From NCBI GenBank assembly GCA_024234955.1, contig JACKNK010000001.1:389331-453330 (forward strand): a stretch of DNA of 64,000 bases, given 5' to 3'. Below, one piece after another: positions 52,561 through 62,862 of the stretch (its first letter is position 1; every line of letters starts with the position of its first letter). Below the pieces are notes generated by a model that was not told the DNA's origin, made no database searches, and saw only the letters and a program-made list of their open reading frames with translations. This stretch comes from Gammaproteobacteria bacterium. Its GTDB lineage: Bacteria > Pseudomonadota > Gammaproteobacteria > JACKNK01. A program made the translations under genes and the position numbers.

Positions 52561-52914
52561 TCAACGAGTCGCCAACTTTTCCTTGATACGCGCTGCCTTG
52601 CCTTCGCGACCGCGCAGGTAGTACAGCTTGGCGCGACGGACCTTGCCACGGCGCTTGACCTGGATCTCGGCAATCGCCGGGCTGTAGGTCTGGAAAACAC
52701 GTTCCACGCCCGTGCCGCTGGAAATCTTGCGCACCGTGAACGCGGAGTTCAAACCACGATTGCGTCGCGCGATGACAACGCCTTCGAACGCCTGCACCCG
52801 CTCGCGATCGCCTTCCTTGACCTTGACCTGCACGACAACGGTGTCGCCCGGACCAAAATCCGGCACTTCGCGGGTCATCTGCTCCCGTTCCAGCTCTTGA
52901 ATGATGTTGCTCAT
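52561..52914 (-). CDS. rplS: 50S ribosomal protein L19.
   Basis: 117 aa with the characteristic [16 protein letters not shown]...IARR pattern. Confidence 0.95.
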   Translation of the reverse strand: MSNIIQELEREQMTREVPDFGPGDTVVVQVKVKEGDRERVQAFEGVVIARRNRGLNSAFTVRKISSGTGVERVFQTYSPAIAEIQVKRRGKVRRAKLYYLRGREGKAARIKEKLATR

Positions 52915-52965
52915 GTCTGCTCCCCGAATCCGCGAATTCCCGATCCGCTCGTTAAATCGAAATCA

Positions 52966-53721
52966 CTAATCAACAGGTATCGTTGCAGCGTATTCTCGCT
53001 GAAACCCTTCCAATAACCCGCGTTCCTCATCGCTGAGTTCGCGAGCCGCCAATAACTCCGGGCGACGCAGCCAAGTGCGCCCTAGTGCCTGTTGCAACCG
53101 CCAGCGACGAATCGCCTCATGATTGCCGCCACGCAGCACCTCAGGGACTGCGTGCCCCTCATACACCTCAGGCCGGGTGTAATGAGGACAATCGAGCAGG
53201 CCGTCCATGAACGAGTCCTGCTCTGCCGAGTCGGCGGCGCCCAGTGAGCCTGGCAACATCCGCGTTATCGCGTCGATGATCACCAGCGCGCCAAGCTCTC
53301 CCCCACTCAACACGTAATCGCCGAGGGACCATTCCTCATCGACCAGGGTCTCAATGACCCGTTCGTCGATGCCCTCATAGCGCCCACAGACCAGAATCAT
53401 CCCGGGCCGGGTCGCTAACTCGCGTACCGCATCCTGATCGAGGCGCCGCCCTTGCGGGCTGAGGTACGCGACCTTCGTTTCCGGATCCGCAACCGCTTTC
53501 GCATCGCGGATCGCTGCTTCCAGCGGCCCGGCCAGCATCAACATGCCCGGCCCACCGCCGTAGGGACGATCATCCACGGTGCGATGCACATCGTGGGTGT
53601 AATCCCTCGGGTTCCAGGTGGACAACGCCACCAGACCCCGACTCAGCGCTCGACCGGTGATACCCGGTTCACACGCCGCCCGGATCATCTCCGGGAACAG
53701 GCTGACGACATCGAAACGCAT
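52966..53721 (-). CDS. trmD: tRNA (guanine37-N1)-methyltransferase.
   Basis: [12 protein letters not shown]... and the SPOUT knot GYEGIDERV...DYVLSGGE. 251 aa. Confidence 0.95.
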   Translation of the reverse strand: MRFDVVSLFPEMIRAACEPGITGRALSRGLVALSTWNPRDYTHDVHRTVDDRPYGGGPGMLMLAGPLEAAIRDAKAVADPETKVAYLSPQGRRLDQDAVRELATRPGMILVCGRYEGIDERVIETLVDEEWSLGDYVLSGGELGALVIIDAITRMLPGSLGAADSAEQDSFMDGLLDCPHYTRPEVYEGHAVPEVLRGGNHEAIRRWRLQQALGRTWLRRPELLAARELSDEERGLLEGFQREYAATIPVD

Positions 53722-53730
53722 CAGCCTGAC

Positions 53731-54234
53731 TTAGAACTCCGGGTCCCAATCAACCTCGATCAGGCCCGCTTCCCTATCCACGCGCTTGACCGCGTAGCCG
53801 TCTTCATCGCCAATCGTGAACGGAATCAACCGTTCCCGATCTCCCTGGACGACCAACACCTCGTTGGCCCCGGTATCGAACAGATGCGTGACCTTGCCCA
53901 GTTCGACACCTTCCAGATTGACGACGCGCAGACCCTCCATGTCCACCCAGTAATATTCACCCTCCGGCAGAGGCGGCAACTGATCGCGGGGAATCGCGAT
54001 GGTGGCTTCGACCAGGGATGCCGCCGCATCGCGGTCGTCGATACCCGCCAGTTTTGCGATCACGCCCCGACCGTTGGCTTGCCCATCCTCGACCTTCAGT
54101 GCCCGCCATTCGTTGCCGATGCGAATCTGCCAGACCGGGTAATGGACAATGTTTTCACGCGGTTCGGTGTAGGAGAACACCTTCACCCAACCACGCACCC
54201 CGTGGAGACCGGAAATCCGGCCCAATTCCAACAT
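53731..54234 (-). CDS. rimM: Ribosome maturation factor RimM.
   Basis: LGRISGLHGVRGWVKV and a PRC barrel. 167 aa. Confidence 0.9.
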   Translation of the reverse strand: MLELGRISGLHGVRGWVKVFSYTEPRENIVHYPVWQIRIGNEWRALKVEDGQANGRGVIAKLAGIDDRDAAASLVEATIAIPRDQLPPLPEGEYYWVDMEGLRVVNLEGVELGKVTHLFDTGANEVLVVQGDRERLIPFTIGDEDGYAVKRVDREAGLIEVDWDPEF

Positions 54235-54257
54235 TCCGGGGTACTTTGACGCCGGCC

Positions 54258-54506
54258 TTAAGCGGCCTTACGCGCTTCTTCGATCAGTTTCGCAACGCGT
54301 TCACTGGTCTGGGCGCCCGTACCGACCCAATGATCGACGCGGTCCAGATCAATGCGCAGGCGCTCTTCCTGGCCACGGGCGACCGGGTTGTAGAACCCGA
54401 CGCGCTCAATGTTACGACCGTCGCGCGCGTTACGGCTGTCAGTCACCACGATGCTGTAGAACGGCTGGCGTTTGGCACCACCGCGGGACAAGCGAATCGT
54501 CACCAT
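54258..54506 (-). CDS. rpsP: 30S ribosomal protein S16.
   Basis: [21 protein letters not shown]. 82 aa. Confidence 0.95.
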   Translation of the reverse strand: MVTIRLSRGGAKRQPFYSIVVTDSRNARDGRNIERVGFYNPVARGQEERLRIDLDRVDHWVGTGAQTSERVAKLIEEARKAA

Positions 54507-54880
54507 GTAGGAATACCTTCTGAATTCTGTTTTCGGAGACCCGATAAAATCACCGCCCGGGCCACGTAGCGATACGCGGAACCGGGCGGACGTAAACGGC
54601 GTATTGTACGAATATTTGTACGAAAGAAAAGTCCATCTTCACTTTTAACGTCCTTCTCAATGCGTATCCGGGACACCATGAACACGACCGCGCGTTGTGA
54701 CAACGAGATGTTTTCTGCAAGGACCGTTTCCAATGCCTTCTTGCGCCCTCTTGTCGCAGCAACGATGGTGGAACTTTTCATGCATGAACAGATCAATCCA
54801 GCCCGATGCACCAGGTTCCATTCCAGGGTAAAAATAAGGCCCCGAGAAAAACTGATAGGGCACATCAAAAAGGAGTCGTC

Positions 54881-55447
54881 ATGCGCAAACCCGACATCAC
54901 CGAAGACATGATCTTTGAATGCTTCGCCGCAGCCCGTGAGGCCTCATCCCTGGAAGATTCGGCGGCATCCTTTGTGGATGTTGAAGAATATGAAAATCAG
55001 GTCATGTATCCTGAATTCGCCCGCTGGGCCGATACCGCAGGCGAACCCGAACTTGCCAGCCTGTTTCGCAAGGTTGCCGGTGAGGAGAAGCTGCATGCGG
55101 TCTGGCTCCGCGAGCTCTATGCCGATATTGGTATCCCCAAGCGCGGTGAAGACACCCAGCGCGCCATCGATGCCTTGACCACCATCCGTGCGAACTGCGA
55201 CGCCCTGATCGCGTTGAACCCCGAGGGGGTCATCGAAAAAGCCCTGACCGTCGCCATTCGTGTCGAAGAACGCGAATACGCCGACATTTACCCGCGCTTC
55301 CGCGATCAGGCATTGGCCGCTGGCGACTCGGCCACTGCGGCCGTTTATCAGCGGGTCGTCGATTCCGAACAGCATCATGCGGTCTGGTTTGAAAACGCCT
55401 TGGCGGATTTCCGCTCCCGTATCCCCTCAAACCTTTCGGCCTGCTAG
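54881..55447 (+). CDS. Ferritin-like di-iron protein (rubrerythrin/Coq7-type four-helix bundle, no rubredoxin domain).
   Basis: Two E...ExxH pairs: EEYENQ/EEKLHAVW and EEREYADIY/EQHHAVWF. 188 aa. An RBS AAAAAGGAG lies upstream of ATG 54881. Confidence 0.7.
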   Translation: MRKPDITEDMIFECFAAAREASSLEDSAASFVDVEEYENQVMYPEFARWADTAGEPELASLFRKVAGEEKLHAVWLRELYADIGIPKRGEDTQRAIDALTTIRANCDALIALNPEGVIEKALTVAIRVEEREYADIYPRFRDQALAAGDSATAAVYQRVVDSEQHHAVWFENALADFRSRIPSNLSAC

Positions 55448-55453
55448 TCGCCC

Positions 55454-56317
55454 TTGCGTACCGAGCCACGATGGTGGGTTGCGTTGAACCCACCCATTTA
55501 CCTGATCTCGGTATTGCCGGGAGTCGCCGTCTGGCTGATCAGCGGCCACTCCCACTCCGAGATCAAACCCGCGCTCGGTCTGTTGATCGCTGCCACCGTG
55601 GCGGTCACCCTCATTCAACATGCCGTGAATCTGTTCAACGACGCCAAGGATTGGCAGTTGGGTGCAGACACCGAAAAGTACGATTCCTGGGTACGGGTGC
55701 ATGACGAAGCCCCGCGCGTAGCGATCTGGCATGGGACAATCGCGCTGATATTGGGGAGCGTTCTCGGGCTCACCGTCCTGGTTTCTGCCGGTCAGCTGTG
55801 GGTACTGAGTTTCACCCTTCCATTGTTTTTTCTGGGTCTCGGGTATAACGCCGGGAAACGACCGCTTTCCTATTCTGCCTGGGGCGAATGGGTCACCGGA
55901 GTGTGTTACGGGCCGGGCGTGTTTGGCGGACTGTGGTTTGCCGCCGGATTGCCTTTCGAGGCGATCCCCCTTGGCCTGGGGATGTTCACCTTCGCGGCGT
56001 TGGCCACCGCCTTGCTCCTATCGCACCAACCACCGCAAATCGACACCGACCGGGCCGCCGGCAAGCACACGTTCGCGGTGCGTCACGGGGCCCCCGCCGC
56101 ACGCCGTGCCGCGACCCGCCTGCATGTTGCCAGTCTGATCTCGATGACGGCGGCGATGGGGTTTGCCCACGATGCCCCATTGATCACCCTCGCCTTTGCG
56201 GTTTTCGGACTGCTCGCGATCATGGCTGTGGGTTGCCCAGGGGCGAACCCCAAACGCATCCTTTTATCGAGCACCACCTTGTATGTCGTGGTGTCCGGCA
56301 TCGCCCTGCTGGTCTGA
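55454..56317 (+). CDS. UbiA-family aromatic prenyltransferase.
   Basis: Polytopic membrane protein with NLFNDAKDWQLGAD (NxxxDxxxD). 287 aa. The track start is TTG. Confidence 0.7.
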   Translation: MRTEPRWWVALNPPIYLISVLPGVAVWLISGHSHSEIKPALGLLIAATVAVTLIQHAVNLFNDAKDWQLGADTEKYDSWVRVHDEAPRVAIWHGTIALILGSVLGLTVLVSAGQLWVLSFTLPLFFLGLGYNAGKRPLSYSAWGEWVTGVCYGPGVFGGLWFAAGLPFEAIPLGLGMFTFAALATALLLSHQPPQIDTDRAAGKHTFAVRHGAPAARRAATRLHVASLISMTAAMGFAHDAPLITLAFAVFGLLAIMAVGCPGANPKRILLSSTTLYVVVSGIALLV

Positions 56318-56327
56318 AGCCGGCGAT

Positions 56328-56549
56328 TCACGATTCACATCGATCCTTCATCGCCGCTCTGGCACCCGGCAACACCGAGCGCAGGAAGGTGGATACCAAG
56401 ATCACCAGGGCAAACAGCAAAAGCAAAAAGCCGATCGCCGTAATCAGGTGATGCAGATAGAACACATGTGGCAGCAATTTGAGTCCCGCCAGTGCCATCA
56501 GGATGCCGGCTGCAAAGAAGGCAAATGAGAACACCACGCCTTCCTGCAT
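56328..56549 (-). CDS. Small hypothetical membrane protein; start very uncertain.
   Basis: It has two hydrophobic segments. The longer track ORF (to 56813) would overlap the divergent lipoprotein gene head-to-head, so I chose a shorter start at MQEGVV. Confidence 0.25.
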   Translation of the reverse strand: MQEGVVFSFAFFAAGILMALAGLKLLPHVFYLHHLITAIGFLLLLFALVILVSTFLRSVLPGARAAMKDRCES

Positions 56550-56697
56550 GGTGACGCAACCAAGTTCGCCCGGGACAACCATCTGAATTAACGAATCGAA
56601 TGCTCTGCGGGTAACGGAGCTAACCGGTGCATCGCCAAACGTATAGTCCGACCGAGCACGCTTGATGTCGGCAATCCACGGCTTCATATTCGCAGGC

Positions 56698-57552
56698 ATG
56701 CTGTCATTCCAACCCCTTCGTTTCCTTTCCATCCTGATCCTGAGCGTGCTGGTCACCGCATGCAGCACCACCCGGATGCTGTATGACAATGCGCCCTGGC
56801 TGCTGCAAACCAAGGTCAGCGCCTACCTGGACCTCGACAGTACCCAGAACGAAACGGTCGGACAGCAAATCGATCGCCTCTTCCTATGGCATCGGGAAAC
56901 CGAACTCCCTATTTATGCCGCGTTGATGACTGGCCTGGCGGACGATCTCGCAGACGGCCTGAGCGCGCCTGAACTCGAACGTTTCCTGCGTGGCCTGGAA
57001 CGAGCAAGGTATCGTCTGGTGCAACAGGCGGTACCGGAAATGGCAAAGCTATTCACCCAACTGAGCCCAGATCAGATCGCGCACTTCGATGGGCAGGTCC
57101 GGGAAAGCTGGGCCGAGGAAAAAATCCTCTCCGAGATGCCCATCGAAGATCGCCAAGTCAAACGGGCGGCACGCTGGATCGATCGATTCAGTGAGTTCTA
57201 CGGTGCCCTTGAGCCTGACCAGCGTCGTCTGATCCAGAGCGCCATCACGAACGACCCCGACTTCCAGCCAATGCGGCTTAGACAAAAGCTGCAACGGCAC
57301 ACGGAGTTCATCGCTTTCTTGTACGAATTCCCAAGTCCCGGCGCGATTGCCGACCGATTGCACTGGGCCTGGGACGACCTCGACGCCTCGCTCTCCGCTA
57401 CATATCGAAATGCGCAAACCGCAAGTCTGGAGGCGACCAAGCGCATGATCCTCGATGTAGACGCGCATATGTCCGGGCCACAACGCGCGCGTGCCATTCG
57501 CCGGATTCTCAGCTATCGCGACGACTTCACCGCCCTGGCGGCTGATAAATAG
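56698..57552 (+). CDS. Hypothetical lipoprotein.
   Basis: MLSFQPLRFLSILILSVLVTAC is a signal peptide with an LVTAC lipobox. The remainder is helical and Arg/Glu-rich. Confidence 0.55.
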   Translation: MLSFQPLRFLSILILSVLVTACSTTRMLYDNAPWLLQTKVSAYLDLDSTQNETVGQQIDRLFLWHRETELPIYAALMTGLADDLADGLSAPELERFLRGLERARYRLVQQAVPEMAKLFTQLSPDQIAHFDGQVRESWAEEKILSEMPIEDRQVKRAARWIDRFSEFYGALEPDQRRLIQSAITNDPDFQPMRLRQKLQRHTEFIAFLYEFPSPGAIADRLHWAWDDLDASLSATYRNAQTASLEATKRMILDVDAHMSGPQRARAIRRILSYRDDFTALAADK

Positions 57553-57639
57553 CGCAGACAGCTACCCCAACCCTGTCCCGGGCTTTGTCCTGGCGCACAT
57601 GTGATAATTGCGCCATTGAACCATCCGGATGCCAAAACC

Positions 57640-57975
57640 ATGACCGACGACAACACGCCCAACGACACCACCTCCAGCGATATCGATGCAGCCAAACTCT
57701 CCAAGGAACAGAAGGTCATGCGCGCGATGCGCAAGACCCTGGGGATCATCATTCGGGAAACCACACCGCAACCGGGCATGCATCACCCGTTGAGCCGCGA
57801 ATGCATCGAAGACATGCGTCAATGTCTGGCGCTGATCGCGGCACGGGAACGGGAGATCGGCGAGGAACTGGGGCTCGACATGAACATGCGGCCGGTCTAT
57901 CGCGACAGCATCACCCGCAGCGCCAAGGTCGTCCCGTTGAGCAGCATCGGGCGCAAGAACAAGGACAGCGAATAA
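57640..57975 (+). CDS. Small hypothetical protein.
   Basis: The start is at MTDDNTPND. 111 aa. It is followed by a strong terminator. Confidence 0.4.
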   Translation: MTDDNTPNDTTSSDIDAAKLSKEQKVMRAMRKTLGIIIRETTPQPGMHHPLSRECIEDMRQCLALIAAREREIGEELGLDMNMRPVYRDSITRSAKVVPLSSIGRKNKDSE

Positions 57976-58015
57976 CCGCCGAAACAAGGCCGAAGACAAA
58001 AGGCTGCAGACAAAA

Positions 58016-58054
58016 AAGGGGCGTCGATGTAGATCGACGCCCCTTTTTCATTTT
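58016..58054. terminator. Bidirectional rho-independent terminator.
   Basis: AAAAAAGGGGCGTCGAT-GTAG-ATCGACGCCCCTTTTTCATTTT. Confidence 0.8.
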
Positions 58055-58079
58055 CCGACCAATCGGATGACGATCCGTC

Positions 58080-61000
58080 TCACTCCTCGACGGCGTCGGC
58101 TTCCGGCTTGTCTTCAAGACCGGCCGCCTTGCGGAAGGTCTCTTCTCCGATGCTAAGGCAACCTAACGGCACCACCAGCAAGGTGAGGATCGTCGACACG
58201 AACACACCGAACAGCAGCGAGATCGCCATGCCTTGGAAGATCGGGTCAGTCAGGATAACCGCTGAACCGAGCACCAGCGCCAGCGCGGTGATCATGATCG
58301 GACGGGTTCTGGCCTTTGCAGCGGTAATGACTGCGTCGTAGAGCGACAGACCATCGCGGATCAGAACCAGAGTGAAGTCCACCAGAAGGATCGAGTTACG
58401 CACGATGATGCCCGCGAGTGCGATCCAGCCGATCATCGAGGTTGCGGTGAAATCCGCTCCAAACAACATATGCCCCGGAACGATACCCAGGAGGGTCAGA
58501 GGAATCGGCGCCATGATGATCGCGGGGATCACGAAGTTGCCGAACTGCCAGACCACCAGCATGTAGATCGCAATCAACGCGATCGCATAAGCGGCCCCCA
58601 TGTCACGGAAGGTTTCAAAGGTAACGGTCCATTCGCCGCCCCATTCGAATCCGGACTGCTGATCAGTGGGAGGCGGGCCTGCGTACTCACCGGAGAGCTT
58701 CACCCCGTCCGGCGCGGTATAGCCTTCCAGAAGCTCATCGACATCAAGCTGCGCGTACACCGGCGCGGCAAGGCGCCCCTTGGCATCGCCAACCACAAAC
58801 TCCACCGGACGCAGGTCCTTGTGGAAAACGATGTCGTTACGTTTCTGCTCGACGAAGCGACCGAGTTCACCCAGCGGAACGGTGCCCGACTGCATCATGT
58901 TCATGACCGGCAGGTCACGCAGACCCGCCAGGTTCGAACGCTTCGACAGCGGAACCTGCATCAGGATGTAGGTCGGCTCTTCCAGGCCGCGTTCCTTGAG
59001 ATCGCCCACCTTGAACTCGCCCATGGCCATGGCCAAGTGCTTGTTGATGCTGTCGATGCTGACCCCGTTCAGCGCCGCCTTCTCGGTGTCGATCTCGAAG
59101 CGCCATTCAGTCATCGGGTCACGAATCAGCGTCTGCTCTTCACCGACGAAATCGGACTGATTGAAGATATTGCTCAGGTCGCGAGCGACCTGCTTGCGGG
59201 TCGCGGCATCCGGGCCGTGAACCTCGGCCACCAGGGTTTGCAGCACTGGTGGACCAGGCGGCATCTCGACCACGGTCACCCCTGCGCCATCGTGCTTCTT
59301 GATACCGGAGGCATCGATCAACCCGGCAAGTTTGCCGCGAATCTCATTGGCGATCTCATGGCTGTTGCGATGTCGATCTCCCTTGTCGGTCAGGATCACC
59401 TGAATCTGTGCCTGCCACGGAAACTGGCGCAGATAGTAGTGACGTACCAGACCGTTGAAGTCAAACGGGATCGCGGCGCCAACATAGGTCTGCACCGACA
59501 ACACATCCGGGTCCTGACGCACGATCTCGGCAATGTCGGCGGTAAAGCTGGCGGTCTCCGGGAGCGCCGTGCCGGCAGGCATGTCCACCGCGATCTGGAA
59601 CTCGGCCTTGTTATCGAACGGCAGCATCTTCACGGTCACGCCGGTGGTGTAGAACATCAACGCCGACAGGAAGAAGGCCACAAACAGGCCGATCAGGAAG
59701 ATGTTGCCCCACCTACGCTCCTTGTAGAGGGTGCCAATAGATTTCTGATACAGGCCATCGAGCTTCTCGGCAAGTTTCTCCTCGTCGTGATGCATGGCCT
59801 TGAGCTTTTCCATACTCGGCACGATGCGCATCGCCAACCAGGGCGCGAACACCAGCGCGGCAAACAGCGAGAACACCATTGCGACCGAACCCAAGGCCGG
59901 AATCGGTTCCATGTACGGTCCCATCATTCCCGAGACGAAGCCCATCGGCAGCAACGCCGCGACCACGGTGTAAGTCGCAAGCACGGTGGGATTGCCGACC
60001 TCGCGCACCGCATCGACGGACACATCGGTCGATGGCTCGCCATGCATCAGCCAGCGTCGGTAGATGTTTTCCACGATAACAATCGCATTATCGACCAGGA
60101 ACCCGATGGAGAAGATCAACGCAAACAAGGACACACGGTTGATCGAGTAGCCCATCAACATTGCCGAGAACACCGTGATGACCAGCACCACCGGAATGGT
60201 CAGCAGGACTACGACGGAGGGTTTCCAACCCATCGAATACCAGACGAGCAGGGTCACCGCTGCGGTGGCAACAAACAGTTTGAAGAGCAGATCGTTGACC
60301 TTTTTGTCAGCGGTCTTGCCGTAATTCCGGGTGATCTCCCAATGCACGTTGTCGGGGATCAAATAACCCTGAATGCTCTCCATCTCGGACAAAACCGAGT
60401 TGACCACATCGACGCCGTTCGCCCCCTTCTGCTTGGCAACCGCGATGGTCACCGCCTGGGCGTAATCGACACGCTCACCGGTGTTTGCGGCACCGGTGGC
60501 GAAGGTCACCATCTGCTTGACGTCTTCCGGACCGATGCTGACGTTGGCCACATCGGACATGTAGATCGGACGTCCTTCATGATTACCGACAACCAGCTTC
60601 TTCAGTTGATCGATGTTACTCAGGAAGGCCCCGGTCACCACGTAGGCGTACTTGCCTGCGCTTTCGGTAGCGCCCACGGTCATTTCGGCATTGAAGCCCT
60701 GAACCACCTGCGCCATCTGAGCCATGCTCATGCCGTACGCAGAAAGGCGCTCGGGCTGGACGTCGATACGGGCCTGACGGGCACGACCACCTACCACAAA
60801 GGTGTTGCCGGTTTTCGGCAACTGCTTGAGGTGTTGCTGAACGGATACCGCCAGTGCACGCAAGGCATCGTCATTAACCTCCTTGGACCACAAGGTCAGC
60901 GTCACCACCGGAACGTCGTCGATCTCCTTCGGCTTGATCTGCGGATCTTCCGCCCCCGGTGGCAACAGATCGTGGTTCGCACGGATCTTGTCCCCGGCAC

Positions 61001-61391
61001 GCACGATCGCGGCATTCATATCTTCGCCGACCTCGAACTCCAGGGTGATCATTCCGTATTCCTGATCGCTCGCCGAGTAGACGTGCTTGATCCCCGGAAT
61101 TTCCGAAAGCACCCGTTCCTGAGGGCCGATCAGCAATTTCGACACCTCTTCCGAAGACGTACCTGGCATGCGGTAGAAGATGTCGATCATCGGCACCGAA
61201 ATTTCCGGGTCCTCCTGACGCGGCGTCGCCATCAAGCCGTAGAAGCCCAGCAGCATCATCGCCGCAAACAACAACGGCGAGAGCGGCGAATGGATGAAGG
61301 CCTGTGCGAGCTTGCCCGCGAAGCCGAGTTCCATTTCGGCGATCAGATCCTCCGGCGTTTGATGATGTTCGTGGTGTGCGGATTCACTCAT
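58080..61391 (-). CDS. RND-family efflux transporter permease (AcrB/CzcA-like).
   Basis: 1103 aa with 12 TM segments and two large periplasmic loops. The N-terminus is His-rich (SAHHEHHQ). Confidence 0.85.
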   Translation of the reverse strand: MSESAHHEHHQTPEDLIAEMELGFAGKLAQAFIHSPLSPLLFAAMMLLGFYGLMATPRQEDPEISVPMIDIFYRMPGTSSEEVSKLLIGPQERVLSEIPGIKHVYSASDQEYGMITLEFEVGEDMNAAIVRAGDKIRANHDLLPPGAEDPQIKPKEIDDVPVVTLTLWSKEVNDDALRALAVSVQQHLKQLPKTGNTFVVGGRARQARIDVQPERLSAYGMSMAQMAQVVQGFNAEMTVGATESAGKYAYVVTGAFLSNIDQLKKLVVGNHEGRPIYMSDVANVSIGPEDVKQMVTFATGAANTGERVDYAQAVTIAVAKQKGANGVDVVNSVLSEMESIQGYLIPDNVHWEITRNYGKTADKKVNDLLFKLFVATAAVTLLVWYSMGWKPSVVVLLTIPVVLVITVFSAMLMGYSINRVSLFALIFSIGFLVDNAIVIVENIYRRWLMHGEPSTDVSVDAVREVGNPTVLATYTVVAALLPMGFVSGMMGPYMEPIPALGSVAMVFSLFAALVFAPWLAMRIVPSMEKLKAMHHDEEKLAEKLDGLYQKSIGTLYKERRWGNIFLIGLFVAFFLSALMFYTTGVTVKMLPFDNKAEFQIAVDMPAGTALPETASFTADIAEIVRQDPDVLSVQTYVGAAIPFDFNGLVRHYYLRQFPWQAQIQVILTDKGDRHRNSHEIANEIRGKLAGLIDASGIKKHDGAGVTVVEMPPGPPVLQTLVAEVHGPDAATRKQVARDLSNIFNQSDFVGEEQTLIRDPMTEWRFEIDTEKAALNGVSIDSINKHLAMAMGEFKVGDLKERGLEEPTYILMQVPLSKRSNLAGLRDLPVMNMMQSGTVPLGELGRFVEQKRNDIVFHKDLRPVEFVVGDAKGRLAAPVYAQLDVDELLEGYTAPDGVKLSGEYAGPPPTDQQSGFEWGGEWTVTFETFRDMGAAYAIALIAIYMLVVWQFGNFVIPAIIMAPIPLTLLGIVPGHMLFGADFTATSMIGWIALAGIIVRNSILLVDFTLVLIRDGLSLYDAVITAAKARTRPIMITALALVLGSAVILTDPIFQGMAISLLFGVFVSTILTLLVVPLGCLSIGEETFRKAAGLEDKPEADAVEE

Positions 61392-61520
61392 GGCGTGTGT
61401 TTCCTGAGGTACTCAAGGCAATTCGGGAAAGCGCAGTGCGGAACAGGGCCGGCACGACGCCTGGCGGGCAAAGCGACGAAACACCCGTAAGTGGCGTCAC
61501 CATTGCCCGCGCGCGTTCGA

Positions 61521-62675
61521 TCAGGAACCGGAACGGGTACCGGCAGAGGGATTGGCGAGAATCTTGTCGCCCACCTTGATGCCAGAAATCACGCTGACCA
61601 CACCGTTCGCAGAGGTTTCGCCAACTCGGATCAGGCGCAGCTTGAGTTCCCCGGCATCATCGACCAGGAACACTGCCGGCAGGCTGCCACGCCACAGGAT
61701 CGAGGACTTGGGAATGCCCGGATACGCCGAAGCCTGCTTGGACGGGTCGGGAATCAGCACTTCCGCGTACTGGCCGGAATGCGCCAGTGTACCGACCGGG
61801 AGATTGAATTTGACGGTGGTGGTATGACCTCCGGGATCGGCCATCGGGAAAACGCGATCGACCTCAACGTCAACCGGCGCTGCATCGTTGTCGAGCTTGG
61901 CCTGGAACACGCCACCCTGCTTGATGGCGTTGAGCACGCCGGTCGGCACCTCGACCCGAACCTGCAGTTTGGTGATGTCGGCAAACGTCACCAGCGGCAT
62001 GCCCGGCTGCACGATATCGCCCTGCTCCACCATCTTCTTCAGAATCACCCCATCGAACGGGGCATAGCTGACCGCGTTCTCCAGCGAGTCATCGAGCTCG
62101 CGCAGACCGGCGCGCGCCTGTTCGACGGCATTGCGCGCGGTCTCGATCTGCACGCCCTGCCCGTAAAGGTTGGAATGACGCTCGTAGCCGGGGCTGCCCT
62201 GCCCCATCACCGAACGCATCGGATCGGAGAACATGCTGAACATGCCCGGCATACCGCCGAGCATCGAGTTGGACTGGGAATTCGGCGTAAATACTTCGCG
62301 GTTGTACTGAACCAGCGAGTTGCGATAGCCCGCATCGGCCGACGCCAGCTGGCTCACTGCCTGCACCCGCTTGGCCTGCAACGCGGTGGTATCCAGCGCG
62401 ACCAGACGGTCACCCTTCTTGAATTCGTCGCCTTCCGAACCCCCGACGAATTCCACGTCACCGGGCATCTGGGCAGACAGGTTCACGATCTTTTCCGGCA
62501 TCACGGTGCCGCCCAGAACAACGACGCCGCCGCTGCTCTGGCTCTTCACGACAATGATGTCGTGCGCGGCAGCCGGAGTGGGTGTTGCACCCTCGCCTTC
62601 AGCCTGGACGGTGGAGAGTTGAAGACCGGCGGCCACCAGGCCGGCGATCAACACAGAAGTGACGGCTTTGTTCAT
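61521..62675 (-). CDS. RND efflux periplasmic adaptor (membrane fusion protein).
   Basis: Signal/anchor MNKAVTSVLIAGLVAAGL. Lipoyl/beta-barrel MFP pattern. 384 aa from ATG 62675. The track ORF starts 84 codons upstream. Confidence 0.75.
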   Translation of the reverse strand: MNKAVTSVLIAGLVAAGLQLSTVQAEGEGATPTPAAAHDIIVVKSQSSGGVVVLGGTVMPEKIVNLSAQMPGDVEFVGGSEGDEFKKGDRLVALDTTALQAKRVQAVSQLASADAGYRNSLVQYNREVFTPNSQSNSMLGGMPGMFSMFSDPMRSVMGQGSPGYERHSNLYGQGVQIETARNAVEQARAGLRELDDSLENAVSYAPFDGVILKKMVEQGDIVQPGMPLVTFADITKLQVRVEVPTGVLNAIKQGGVFQAKLDNDAAPVDVEVDRVFPMADPGGHTTTVKFNLPVGTLAHSGQYAEVLIPDPSKQASAYPGIPKSSILWRGSLPAVFLVDDAGELKLRLIRVGETSANGVVSVISGIKVGDKILANPSAGTRSGS

Positions 62676-62862
62676 ACCTTGCTCCGTGTTGCGCTGCGTT
62701 GCGATGCAGGTTGCAAAAAATTCGCGCGAGCTTACCTGAAATTTACAGTTTATTGAAGCACTTATGGAGTTTCGCAGGGGTTCGCGGCAGGCGCCGCCAA
62801 GCGCTTGCACTGGCACAAATTCTAGACGCCCGGACGCAACTGTCTGCAAAGTTCCGCGAATA

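Noticed and set aside
58470-61490. 1006-aa + strand ORF.
   Set aside because: It is antisense to the RND permease. Its composition (R/H/G-rich) is typical of GC-driven shadow ORFs.
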